A stretch of DNA of 64,000 nt from a virus (lineage: Duplodnaviria > Caudoviricetes), in IMG/VR virus record IMGVR_UViG_3300025713_000650, positions 83,640-147,639 of that record; one strand, 5' to 3'. Positions 10,491-20,551 of this stretch are shown here, in pieces. A model generated the notes under the pieces. The model was not told the origin of the DNA. It made no database searches and was given only the letters and a program-made list of their open reading frames with translations. A program made the translations under genes and the position numbers. Numbering within the stretch: the stretch's first letter is position 1; every line of letters begins with the position of its first letter.

Positions 10491-10509
10491 TCTTTTTACA
10501 GAGCTAAAC

Positions 10510-11385
10510 TTAAAAAACAATATCATCTAAAGAAAATGATTCACCTGTCACTTCTTCCATTGTTTTTTCTTCTTCTTTTGGTTTATTATCTTCGAATTTA
10601 ATTTGATCTGTTGCTTCTTGTTCTTTTCCTAAAGTTTGAGACCAATCAAATTTTTCATTAAATTGTGGTAAAATTTCTTTTGCCTTTTTGACAATTTGTT
10701 TCACATAATCATCTGGTATTTGTATTCCCATTGCAAGATCAAAGACTGATTTATCACCATATCTTGAAGGTTTCCAACCGATTGTAATCTTTGTTACAAA
10801 TCTCTTATGATTAATAATACTCTTTTCTAACTTCATTGTTTCTTCTGTTGATGGTAAAATAAGAGGTTCGAGATCCAATCTAAATAATGATGTTAAATAT
10901 TCGGAAATATTAGAATACTTAATTCCCTTTCCTCTAATAAATCCAAATACAGCTTTATTATTTTCATCTATTAATGGTTTACCATTTGGAGAACAAATCA
11001 TACCCGAAACTATAAGATTGCTTTTACAATCTTTACAAAATGGAGATGCTGCTCTTTCTGCTGAATTTCTACCACAAATATTACCACTTGTACCTTTCCA
11101 AACCTTACCTGTTTTATAACTAAAACACCCTACTCTATCTTGACCATTTTCTTTAACTGTTTTAACTAGAACTTCTTTAATGTGAGTAATAATCATATTA
11201 ACTTCATCAAGATTATATTTAAATCCTCTTATTTGAAGTTTATTTGCTTCTTCGGAAACTCCAATATGATTTGTTCTTGTCTTGCCTGCAATGTAAATTG
11301 AATGGAAAAACTCATCTTCAGGCTTTTTTGTTTCTTTTACGGAGAACCCAGTATTACTTAAATCAGAAAAATCTTCATACTTCAT
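10510..11385 (-). CDS. Probable single-stranded DNA-binding protein
   Basis: Cys cluster, acidic C-tail ending SLDDIVF typical of SSBs, replication context. Confidence 0.45.
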   Translation of the reverse strand: MKYEDFSDLSNTGFSVKETKKPEDEFFHSIYIAGKTRTNHIGVSEEANKLQIRGFKYNLDEVNMIITHIKEVLVKTVKENGQDRVGCFSYKTGKVWKGTSGNICGRNSAERAASPFCKDCKSNLIVSGMICSPNGKPLIDENNKAVFGFIRGKGIKYSNISEYLTSLFRLDLEPLILPSTEETMKLEKSIINHKRFVTKITIGWKPSRYGDKSVFDLAMGIQIPDDYVKQIVKKAKEILPQFNEKFDWSQTLGKEQEATDQIKFEDNKPKEEEKTMEEVTGESFSLDDIVF

Positions 11386-12058
11386 TAATTGTCTCCTTCT
11401 TTGTCTTTTTTACAATATTGGGAATTAGGTACCACTCGGCCTTATATTTTTTATTATTTTCTGAATTTATAACATTATAAGGATTAATTACAATAGAAAA
11501 TTCTTCATTAAACCAACAACAAAATCTTTTATTTATAAATGTATTTGAATCTATTTCTGTTTTCTTTAAAATTCTTGGAAAAATAACGGATGAATCGGGA
11601 TTATAAACGGTTATTGGTAATAATCTCTTTACTTTTTCCTCGGTTATCTCATCTTTTATTAATTTCGTATGAGAACAATAAATTATAATAAGCTTATCAT
11701 TTAATGTTTTGAAAATTTCATTTTTATAAAGATAACAATCCATATCTGAAATATATAATACTGAATTTGCATTCATTACACGTTTTATAGATCTATGTTG
11801 TCTACAAACATTATTTGTCTTTTTACATACATCACAATCATAATTATCAATTTTAAATTTTAATTTATTTTCTTTTGTGAAACAATTTTTAATCCATTCT
11901 TTACAAATTAATAATTTAACTAATGTAATAGGATAGACATCGACATTTAACTCGGTAATTAAATTTTCCAATGAAATAGAATTATTAATAATAGTTCTAA
12001 AATTCGATTCTACTATTCTTACCATGTTTCCTCCATTTTGTCTTAATAATTTAGACAT
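11375..12058 (-). CDS. Hypothetical protein with CxxC-x5-C-x2-H zinc motif (likely start at MVRIVES)
   Basis: Long ORF in gene direction, GGAGG before the second Met. Confidence 0.6.
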   Translation of the reverse strand: MSKLLRQNGGNMVRIVESNFRTIINNSISLENLITELNVDVYPITLVKLLICKEWIKNCFTKENKLKFKIDNYDCDVCKKTNNVCRQHRSIKRVMNANSVLYISDMDCYLYKNEIFKTLNDKLIIIYCSHTKLIKDEITEEKVKRLLPITVYNPDSSVIFPRILKKTEIDSNTFINKRFCCWFNEEFSIVINPYNVINSENNKKYKAEWYLIPNIVKKTKKETINEV

Positions 12059-12132
12059 TTAAAAAAATAAAAATTTTTCCTATAGACAAAACTTCTTAAT
12101 TTTCACAAAAACACCTCCCTTGTATTTATTTT

Positions 12133-12152
12133 TCATTAATTAATATATATAG
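12133..12152 (-). promoter_or_regulatory. Conserved phage promoter-like motif CTATATATATTAATTAATGA
   Basis: Exact copy of the motif at 52901 and 53439; intergenic, followed by a GGAGGTG SD. Confidence 0.75.
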
Positions 12153-12153
12153 A

Positions 12154-12411
12154 CTATTCCATGTTAATTCTAATGGGTGTTGTCCTACTTGAAAAATCGA
12201 TATCTATATTTGCTTTTATTGGCTTTTTTAAAGTAGATGAAATTAATTCTTTAATTTCTATAGGTAAATAATTATCTTGATAATTTAGAAAAAAACCTTC
12301 CTTAAAATTAAAAACAATACCATCGTGGGTAGGTAAAGCTTCAATTAATAATTCTCTGGGAATTCTAAATAAAACAATCTTACCTTTTCTAATTGTTAAT
12401 TCATTACTCAT
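12154..12411 (-). CDS. Hypothetical protein
   Basis: ORF overlapping the upstream stop in the RNAP operon. Confidence 0.6.
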   Translation of the reverse strand: MSNELTIRKGKIVLFRIPRELLIEALPTHDGIVFNFKEGFFLNYQDNYLPIEIKELISSTLKKPIKANIDIDFSSRTTPIRINME

Positions 12412-13004
12412 AATTTCTCTCCCTTCTTAATAATTTCTTCAATAATTAATGTTTTATTTTTTTGCATGTTTTTAAAACAAAAATCAATAATATTTTCTTT
12501 ATTGTTTTCTTGAAGAAATTTTCTCTGAAAATAATTATTATATTTATATTTTTCAAAAATAAATATTTCAATTTTATTCCATATATTTAAAAAAAATTCT
12601 TTAACAAATTTAGTTTTAAAATCAATATTTAAATTAATTAAAAGATCAGTAAAAAATTCTACATTATCATATTCTAACCATTCTAAAAATTGTAAAAGTT
12701 TATCAAAATCTGATTCAGATGTACAATCAATCAAATTAACAAAATTAAAATTATAAACTTCTTGAACTTTTTGAATTATCTTTCTACTTAATTCTAATTT
12801 ATCTTCTAATTTATATTGTTTTATAAATATAAAACAATTTGAATAAACTTCCTTAAAGTTCTCTTTGCCTATACTATCCAATAAATTATTATTATCATAT
12901 TCATTACTAGACATTTCAACTAAATTTTTATCATCATCTTCTTCAATTTCTAATGTTGGAGATGATTGTTTTATTAATGTTTTAATATTTTCTTCACCTA
13001 TCAT
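12408..13004 (-). CDS. Hypothetical protein
   Basis: ORF coupled to the RNAP beta stop. Confidence 0.65.
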   Translation of the reverse strand: MIGEENIKTLIKQSSPTLEIEEDDDKNLVEMSSNEYDNNNLLDSIGKENFKEVYSNCFIFIKQYKLEDKLELSRKIIQKVQEVYNFNFVNLIDCTSESDFDKLLQFLEWLEYDNVEFFTDLLINLNIDFKTKFVKEFFLNIWNKIEIFIFEKYKYNNYFQRKFLQENNKENIIDFCFKNMQKNKTLIIEEIIKKGEKL

Positions 13005-16000
13005 AATAATTTCCTTTCATCTAACATTAGAGCATTAAAATATGCATCTAATTGTTCCCTAGCTAAAGATTGTTTTGTATATTTAAATGATGTATTCCCT
13101 TGTTGTATAATTTCAGATATCATTTCATTTTGAGATGATCTATCATCAGATAAAGGACCCATCATTTCAGATAATAAATGTACTGCATTATAAGATAATG
13201 TTGCTATAGTATCGGCCTCTCCAAACCTTTGACCACCTTCTAATTTTTTACCACCAGTGGGTTGTTCTAATCTTGTTAATTTACCCGTTGATCTTGCATG
13301 AATTTTTAATTCAGCAATATGTTCCAACTTACTAATATAAGAATATCCCACCGGAACTTTATGGTGTGTTTTTATATTGTATTCTGGAAGATATAAATTA
13401 TATCCAGATTGTAAATTTAAAACTTTCATTACAGATTTTATCTGATTTAAATTTGGTGATTGAAAAGGAATAAAAACAAGAGGGAAAAATCCTCTTTCAA
13501 CAATAGATTTAATAAATATTTTATATTGATTATCACTTAGATTTGAAATATTATTAATAAATCTTGTAGAAAATTCTTTATTTTTACTATTGTCAAATAA
13601 TGTCAATACTTTTTTCAATAAAGAAATAACATTAGTTCTAGAATTATTTTTAGTAATTCTTAAAGCTAAATCCTTAGATATTAATCCTGAATATAATTCA
13701 AATAACTGACCAATGTTCATTCTTCCAATAATACCAACGGGATTAAGTACAATATCTAATTTTTCTCCCCATGGTGTTCTTGGCATATTTTCGTCTTTTT
13801 CAACTAAAGAAATAATACCTTTATTTCCATATCTACCTGTTAATTTATCACCTAAACCTATTTTAAATTCCTGTTGAACTTTAAATTTAATCAAGATACC
13901 TTTAATTAATTTACCTTTTACATAAAATTTATCTTTTGGTAATAATCCATATCTTTCTCTTGTTCGATCAATCAAATATTTAATTTTTGGAAATTTATTA
14001 TCTCCAATATTAGTATATATTTCAATATCTACAACAACACCACCGGGACTCTTCTTTATTATATCTTGTCCTATTCTACTTATAGTTTCATCTTCTTCAT
14101 AACCTAATAATTCTTCAATTGTACCTACTGTTTTTTTTATTAAAGGTTCTCCTTTTTTTGTACTTGAACCAATGTCAATTATTTCTAAAATTCTATCTTT
14201 TTCCTCAACTAAAACTTCTTCAATAATAGCATGTAAAGATGTTAATTTATCTTCCTTTATTAATTTTTCGTTTATAACAATACCATCTTCAAAATTATAT
14301 CCTTTATATGGCATATATCCAATAAGAAAAGATCTACCTAAACAAAGACTTCCATCCTTAATACCACTACCTTCTGCTAATATTTGACCTTTTTGTACAA
14401 CCTGATTAGTTTTTACAACCGGTATAAATACGCTTAATGTGTCTCTTCCAAATCCAGATTTTAAATGAATTGGTTTAATATCTATATTGTGTTTTTTTCC
14501 TTTTTCATCAGAAACTAAAATAAAATCTCGATTAATCTCTAAAATTCTACATTTAAATGGAGCTTTTTTAATAAAACTATTAGATAAATATTCAGAAACA
14601 ATAGATTCATAACCAGATAAAACAATAGGTGGTTCTGGATTTTTTAGTGGTAAAGCCTGTTTCATCTGTGCACAAGACATCATTATCCTAGCACCATCAT
14701 TATTTTCAACAAATGGAATCATAGAAGAAGATACTGATAAAATTCCAGATCCCTCAGTATCACTTATTTTTTTATCTTTAAATAATCCTCTTGCACTTGT
14801 TATAAGAGCATTTACAGCTAATTGTTGATTTACACCTATATTTTCACCTTCGGGTGTATCAATTGGATCAATATTACCATAATAAGAAGGGTGAACATTT
14901 CTCATTTCAACTTGAATTGATTCTTTACTTGGTACACCACCTAAATTTTTACCTACGGGTGTAATTTTAGTTATAGCTGCTAATTCCTCAATTGGATTTG
15001 CAAATTCTAATGTTGAGACAATTTCTGAATTAATAAATGCTGATAATGTTGCAGTTGGATTAATTTCAAATTTTGCTTTTTTATTTCCAGATAAAACTTG
15101 TTCTTTATATTTTGTATATTCTGCTAGTATTTGTTTTTGAATTAAATGAATTAAAACCTCAGAACCTCTTATTCTTTGATTTTTTAAATCATTCCTATCA
15201 TCAACCTTTCCTTCAATAACCTTCAAAGACATATATTTCATTATTTTATCTAATTCATATGGTAAATTTTGATTGATTAAAACTTGCTTAACTACAGGAT
15301 CAACAATATTTTCAAGATTTAATGAGATCATATATGTTGAATGTCGTATCCCTGTTATAAAGATTATAAGATCATTAAAATATTCATTTTCTCCAAAATT
15401 TTTATCTGATTCAAATTCTTCAAATTTAACAGTAAGAAGAGAATTAAATAATTGTTTTTTTAATTCAGAATTAATATTTGTAAAATATAAATACTTATCT
15501 TTATTTATTTGAATTACTTTATCTTGATCTTTTGGATTTTCCTCCGATATATTATATTTAAGATCAAATAATGTCATTGTTTTATCAAATCCAAAAGTAA
15601 ACCACATTAATATGATTAAAGGTATTTTGTAATTACCCATAAAAATTCTAAGATATCTTTCGTTTTTATACTTTAAACTTTCTATATGAAATGCTGAATA
15701 TGAACTGGTAAATCTTGAATCATATGGTTTTGGAAAACTTATTGGACATAATATTATTTGATTAACAAGATATTTTGTTTCACCATTTAATTTAAATGTT
15801 CCGGTTTCGGGATTTATTTTAGGAACCTCAATAGAAACAGTATGGTTATTATTAAACATATCTTTTAATTCAACTTTAACAACATTTAAATCCGATCTAT
15901 TTATTTCTCCAGGTCTTTCTTTTTTATCTTCAATTACAATGTCTTGAATTTTAAGCTTAATATCTTTTTTCTCTAAAGTTTTAAACGAATTTGTTAAATC

Positions 16001-17131
16001 TTTTTTAAAGTTATAGCTAAAATCAACAATTCTTTTTTGATATAATTGAGATGGATTTTTATCGCCTATTTGTTTTTCAATATCCATTGTTTCTATCACT
16101 TTATCTGATGATAGTGATTTCGTTTTTTCTTTTACTAATAACTCGTCAACATATTCTTTTTCAACTTTTTTCAAAACTTTGTTTGTTTTGTTATCTGGTA
16201 TTGTTTTAGTAACATTTTTTGAAATTTTTAAATTATTTGTATTTTTATATATAACAGACTGTATTGCTGTCTTTTTAATAATTGGATCATTTTTATCAGC
16301 TTTAATTATTTTCTTTGCTAATGTTTTTTCTTTATTTAATAAATCATTTACGCTAGTCTTTACCTTTTCTACATTTTTAGATAATAAATCTTTTTTTGTA
16401 TTATCTATAACTTTTTTTGTAGCATGTTTAATAATTTCTTCATCTTCTCGATCATCAACATCAACTCCATCTTCTTCATCTTCTTCATAACTACCTTTAT
16501 ATTTTAAGCTTTTTAAAATTGGAAATATTCTTTCAAAATTTACTTGCTTATTTTTTACTAATAATCTATACTTCACACCTTTTTCAGTTATTAATGTTAA
16601 TAAAAGATGGTCAAAATCAAAATCTTGCTTTTTAAGATCTCTTATAAATAAATAAAATTTTCTATTTACCCAATTCTTATTAAATGGTTTTGTTAAATCA
16701 ATACAATACATCAAAACTTTTTCATAATCTGCAAATTGATAAAAAGCATTTTCAACATTTCTTTTTATCAAAACACCAGATCTTGTTCTATAATTACTTG
16801 GTTTATATAATTCATCAATAGTAGAAGTATAGATAGATGTATCATAAAGAAGACTTCTTTTGGCTGGTGGTTTTTGATTATGTTGAAATGGATATATTTT
16901 TAATGATCTGTATGCTGTTTTTAATTTTGTCGTTAGGAATGTAACCGGTATTTTTGTTCTTGGAATAATAACATTTCTAACATCAATTTTTAAAATATTT
17001 AATTTTTCATAACACTCTAAAAGTGTAGTATTTTCAGAGAAAAATACTAAAATATAAGGATTTTTCTTAAATAACCATCTAATTGCATTTACTACATGAG
17101 TATATTGTCTTAAATTTTTAAATTGTATCAT
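13001..17131 (-). CDS. rpoB: Phage DNA-directed RNA polymerase beta-like subunit with long N-terminal extension
   Basis: RNVHPSYYGNIDPIDTPEGENIG, IPFVENNDGAR, GYNFED, GDKLTGRYGNKG, RMNIGQ, KLEH, GGQRFGE. Confidence 0.93.
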   Translation of the reverse strand: MIQFKNLRQYTHVVNAIRWLFKKNPYILVFFSENTTLLECYEKLNILKIDVRNVIIPRTKIPVTFLTTKLKTAYRSLKIYPFQHNQKPPAKRSLLYDTSIYTSTIDELYKPSNYRTRSGVLIKRNVENAFYQFADYEKVLMYCIDLTKPFNKNWVNRKFYLFIRDLKKQDFDFDHLLLTLITEKGVKYRLLVKNKQVNFERIFPILKSLKYKGSYEEDEEDGVDVDDREDEEIIKHATKKVIDNTKKDLLSKNVEKVKTSVNDLLNKEKTLAKKIIKADKNDPIIKKTAIQSVIYKNTNNLKISKNVTKTIPDNKTNKVLKKVEKEYVDELLVKEKTKSLSSDKVIETMDIEKQIGDKNPSQLYQKRIVDFSYNFKKDLTNSFKTLEKKDIKLKIQDIVIEDKKERPGEINRSDLNVVKVELKDMFNNNHTVSIEVPKINPETGTFKLNGETKYLVNQIILCPISFPKPYDSRFTSSYSAFHIESLKYKNERYLRIFMGNYKIPLIILMWFTFGFDKTMTLFDLKYNISEENPKDQDKVIQINKDKYLYFTNINSELKKQLFNSLLTVKFEEFESDKNFGENEYFNDLIIFITGIRHSTYMISLNLENIVDPVVKQVLINQNLPYELDKIMKYMSLKVIEGKVDDRNDLKNQRIRGSEVLIHLIQKQILAEYTKYKEQVLSGNKKAKFEINPTATLSAFINSEIVSTLEFANPIEELAAITKITPVGKNLGGVPSKESIQVEMRNVHPSYYGNIDPIDTPEGENIGVNQQLAVNALITSARGLFKDKKISDTEGSGILSVSSSMIPFVENNDGARIMMSCAQMKQALPLKNPEPPIVLSGYESIVSEYLSNSFIKKAPFKCRILEINRDFILVSDEKGKKHNIDIKPIHLKSGFGRDTLSVFIPVVKTNQVVQKGQILAEGSGIKDGSLCLGRSFLIGYMPYKGYNFEDGIVINEKLIKEDKLTSLHAIIEEVLVEEKDRILEIIDIGSSTKKGEPLIKKTVGTIEELLGYEEDETISRIGQDIIKKSPGGVVVDIEIYTNIGDNKFPKIKYLIDRTRERYGLLPKDKFYVKGKLIKGILIKFKVQQEFKIGLGDKLTGRYGNKGIISLVEKDENMPRTPWGEKLDIVLNPVGIIGRMNIGQLFELYSGLISKDLALRITKNNSRTNVISLLKKVLTLFDNSKNKEFSTRFINNISNLSDNQYKIFIKSIVERGFFPLVFIPFQSPNLNQIKSVMKVLNLQSGYNLYLPEYNIKTHHKVPVGYSYISKLEHIAELKIHARSTGKLTRLEQPTGGKKLEGGQRFGEADTIATLSYNAVHLLSEMMGPLSDDRSSQNEMISEIIQQGNTSFKYTKQSLAREQLDAYFNALMLDERKLL

Positions 17132-20100
17132 TATCGTCTCTCTACTATTTTTCCAGTTAGTATTTTTTCTATCATAGAAGGTGGTAATTCTTGATCTGAA
17201 GTCAACCCAACCTTTATTGCTTCACCTATATTTTCAAATGCTAAACCTTGTAAGAAACTTGTAGAAAAAACATTCTTCTTGATGTTTAATAATGTTGGAT
17301 CAAATGGATTAGAACCTAATCTTGCTGGTATCATTACATTTTTTTTATCTCTCATACATTGAGATAATAAAACTTCAAGATGAACAAGATCGAAGTTACT
17401 TAAATTTTCATAAACTTTATATAATTTTAAAAATAAATGATTATTATCTTTAAAAATTTCTTTACCAGATAATATTCTTTTAAGATAAAGAATACTTTCT
17501 TTTATTTCTTGATATTCAATAGGAACATCTAAAATTAAATCACCTTTTTTATATTCAATTATTATCTTTTTATCTGTTTTGGTTAATTCATTATAAAATA
17601 TTTTTACAGAATAATCCAAAATCACATCAAATTCAATATTATCTGCAGTAACAATACATAACAAACCTTTAAGATATATATTTCTTTCATTTTCATTAAT
17701 AAATAAATTTGAATTTTCAGTATAATCTGATAAATCTAATTTTAATTTAAATTCTATATTACAATACAATTTCTGATCTGTTTGTTTAAAATATTTATTT
17801 ACAATATTAGACTTTAAATTAACATTATTATTAATTATTTCTTTTAAAATATCTCGTTTAATTAGACTAATTGCTCCACCTTTATGAAAGGTTCTCATAA
17901 TATTCTGAGTTCCACTTTCACCAACTACTTGAGCTGCATACATTCCAACAAATGGTGTACCATGTCTTTCTAACAATCTTCCATAACACGTATGACATAT
18001 TTTAGGACTTTCACAATAAATTGGAGATCTTAATTGAATTATATCTCCAGGTTTAAATTTAGACTTATTAAATTCAACAACTTCATCATTTATCTTTATA
18101 TATCTACCAGTTAAACGAGAAATTATATCTTTTGTTAATTTAACTTCTAAACAATTTTTAGTTCCACAATCTTTTAAAAATAAATCTAATTCCACAGAAT
18201 TTAATAAATAAATTAATTGTCTTGTAGTATAACCTGTTTCAGCTGTATTTAAAACTCTATCAATAATTCCTTTTCTTGCACCATAAGAAACATTAAAATA
18301 TTCAGTTGGTTTTAGACCCTCAGAAAGTGAACTTTTAATTGTTGGTAAAATATTTCCTTGTGTATCTGCAATAATACCTTTGGCTATTAATATTTGTGTT
18401 GGTTGATCCCATCCTTTTGTTGAACCAGATTCTACTAAATCATATAACCCCGTATCTTTTAAATGATCAATCATCATTAATTTCATTTCATTTAAAAGTT
18501 TTGATGCTTCTTCGGTTGATGCATTTTGTAGTTTCTTTTTTAATCTATAAATTTTTTCAGGAATTTCTAAATCATCAAGAGTTATTGAGGGTGAAAAAAG
18601 CGTAGCAAATTTAAAAGCATATTTCTGCAGGTTAAAAGATGTCTTTAAAATAGTTTCTCTATCATATTTATTAGTTAATTTTAAAAATAATTCATTAATT
18701 TCTTTTTTAGTTATTAATTTATCAACAAAAGTAAAGTTTGAAGGGAAACAACTATTAAAAATTGCTTTTCCTAATGTTGTTCTTTTATTTTTATAGATTG
18801 TAGGTATTGTTGGATCACTATATTTATCTCTTTCACTAAGATTAAATGTTATTGGTGATTTTCTTGATGAATAATCTTTTGTTAAAATATATAAACCGGC
18901 ACAGGCTTCTTTTGATAATGCAAATCCTAAAGAATATGAAGATGTTGATGAAACTAATTTTGTCATCTTTTTAGCGTCTTCTTGTGCTTCATTTGATAAA
19001 GGATGAAAAATAGCCATTTGGTCTCCATCAAAATCGGCATTAAAACCACCAACATCTAAATTTGAAATTCTTACTGTATTTCCTTCTATAAGAATTGGAG
19101 TAAAAGCTCTTACTGATTCTGGGTGTAATACGGGATCTCTCTTTGCTAAAACTAAACGATCTTTCATAGATGTTTCTGTTATGTCATAAAAAATTTTATA
19201 TAATTTAGGTGGTATATAATCACCATTCTTAATTGATGTCATTATTTTTTTAATTGTATCAATTGATACTTCTTGTTTTGTAAAATTTTCAATTTCTTTT
19301 CTAATTATTTCTTTTCTTTCAATAGGTGAATATAAAATTAAATGTAAAATAAATGGCTCAAAAAGTGAAATAGCCATTTTAAAAGGTATTCCTATTTCAT
19401 CACCTCTTAATTCTGGTCCGCAAGAAATAACAGCTCTACCTGAATAATCAACACGCTTACCTAAAATACTAGATCTTATTAAACCATATTTATGAGAAAT
19501 TTTTTCTCTAGTAAATTCATCTAAATCATTTACAGATTTTTGAATATTAAAATTTAAAATATCAAAAAATGGTGATTTTACATCTATTGGTTTAATTGAT
19601 ATACTTCTAGTAATTAGAGAAGTATAAAAATTATTCATTTTATCCTGAATCCATCTTCCTTCATTATCTTTATATATTGGTCTAAAATCAGGAGGAACAA
19701 CTGGAATTTTATCTACAAATAAGGTTCCTTGTTTAAATGCACCTTTAATCATATCTGATAGTTTTTTTCTTTCTGGTGTGTGTTCTCTAAAATTAATATT
19801 AGGAAAAATCTTTATAAAATTATTAATTCCGTTTATACCCTTTTCATCCTCTTGTAAAATACCATTTGTATCTAAATTAAAAGTTTTTTCAACAGATATA
19901 AAATCAATTATTTTTCTATCCAATTGCTTCAAAATCTTAAATGCAGTAGGATGAATAATTTTACAATTTAATTCTATATATGAATAAGTATTTGTTCTTA
20001 AAGAGCTACCTAAAGGACCAAATATAATCTCTGAGAAAATTCCGCCTTCATGAAATTCATCAGATTTTGTAACTGTTGTTGACGTTTTAACTGGCTTTAA

Positions 20101-20142
20101 ATTCTTACAAAAATTATTTACATCCATTAATTTAATTAACAT
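17131..20142 (-). CDS. rpoC: Phage DNA-directed RNA polymerase beta'-like subunit
   Basis: PVVPPDFRP, LGKRVDYSGRAVI, RDPVLH, catalytic NADFDGD, TAETGY, MRTFHKGG. Confidence 0.95.
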   Translation of the reverse strand: MLIKLMDVNNFCKNLKPVKTSTTVTKSDEFHEGGIFSEIIFGPLGSSLRTNTYSYIELNCKIIHPTAFKILKQLDRKIIDFISVEKTFNLDTNGILQEDEKGINGINNFIKIFPNINFREHTPERKKLSDMIKGAFKQGTLFVDKIPVVPPDFRPIYKDNEGRWIQDKMNNFYTSLITRSISIKPIDVKSPFFDILNFNIQKSVNDLDEFTREKISHKYGLIRSSILGKRVDYSGRAVISCGPELRGDEIGIPFKMAISLFEPFILHLILYSPIERKEIIRKEIENFTKQEVSIDTIKKIMTSIKNGDYIPPKLYKIFYDITETSMKDRLVLAKRDPVLHPESVRAFTPILIEGNTVRISNLDVGGFNADFDGDQMAIFHPLSNEAQEDAKKMTKLVSSTSSYSLGFALSKEACAGLYILTKDYSSRKSPITFNLSERDKYSDPTIPTIYKNKRTTLGKAIFNSCFPSNFTFVDKLITKKEINELFLKLTNKYDRETILKTSFNLQKYAFKFATLFSPSITLDDLEIPEKIYRLKKKLQNASTEEASKLLNEMKLMMIDHLKDTGLYDLVESGSTKGWDQPTQILIAKGIIADTQGNILPTIKSSLSEGLKPTEYFNVSYGARKGIIDRVLNTAETGYTTRQLIYLLNSVELDLFLKDCGTKNCLEVKLTKDIISRLTGRYIKINDEVVEFNKSKFKPGDIIQLRSPIYCESPKICHTCYGRLLERHGTPFVGMYAAQVVGESGTQNIMRTFHKGGAISLIKRDILKEIINNNVNLKSNIVNKYFKQTDQKLYCNIEFKLKLDLSDYTENSNLFINENERNIYLKGLLCIVTADNIEFDVILDYSVKIFYNELTKTDKKIIIEYKKGDLILDVPIEYQEIKESILYLKRILSGKEIFKDNNHLFLKLYKVYENLSNFDLVHLEVLLSQCMRDKKNVMIPARLGSNPFDPTLLNIKKNVFSTSFLQGLAFENIGEAIKVGLTSDQELPPSMIEKILTGKIVERR

Positions 20143-20165
20143 TCAATAGCCTCTTTTAAGAAATT

Positions 20166-20513
20166 TTATGGAAGAGCTTTTTTTCCTAATACACTTGAGA
20201 GTTTAGAAATAGCATCATAAACACTTTGTTTATTAATATCATTTCTCCTTAATAACATTTTAGCAGCAGTTAATCCCATTCTAACAAATTTTCTATCTTG
20301 AAGTGCTGTTCTATTACAAATGGGAAAAAAAGGAACATTATTATCACCAATTCGTACCGTAATAAAACATTCTGGATTCTTTTCAAAATGTTGAGTTCTA
20401 AAATCTTTATCTAATAACCACCTTAATCTATAATCAATATCATAATTTAATTCAATATCAATATGTTCTAAAATTTTTTCTAATTTTTTAAATATATTTT
20501 TACTTTTTTTCAT
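20166..20513 (-). CDS. Hypothetical protein
   Basis: ORF with SD immediately upstream of beta'. Confidence 0.6.
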   Translation of the reverse strand: MKKSKNIFKKLEKILEHIDIELNYDIDYRLRWLLDKDFRTQHFEKNPECFITVRIGDNNVPFFPICNRTALQDRKFVRMGLTAAKMLLRRNDINKQSVYDAISKLSSVLGKKALP

Positions 20514-20551
20514 GAGATATCTCCATTATTTTACTTATTTTAATTTTGTTC

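Noticed and set aside
12080-12120. 8-codon ORF (VKIKKFCL) behind a strong GGAGGTG SD after the promoter motif
   Set aside because: Could be a leader peptide or a gene remnant, but too short to support from sequence alone
13001-20142. Bacterial chromosomal rpoBC locus
   Set aside because: Reversed order, divergent motifs, no ribosomal protein genes, and flanking baseplate and T4-like replication genes indicate a phage
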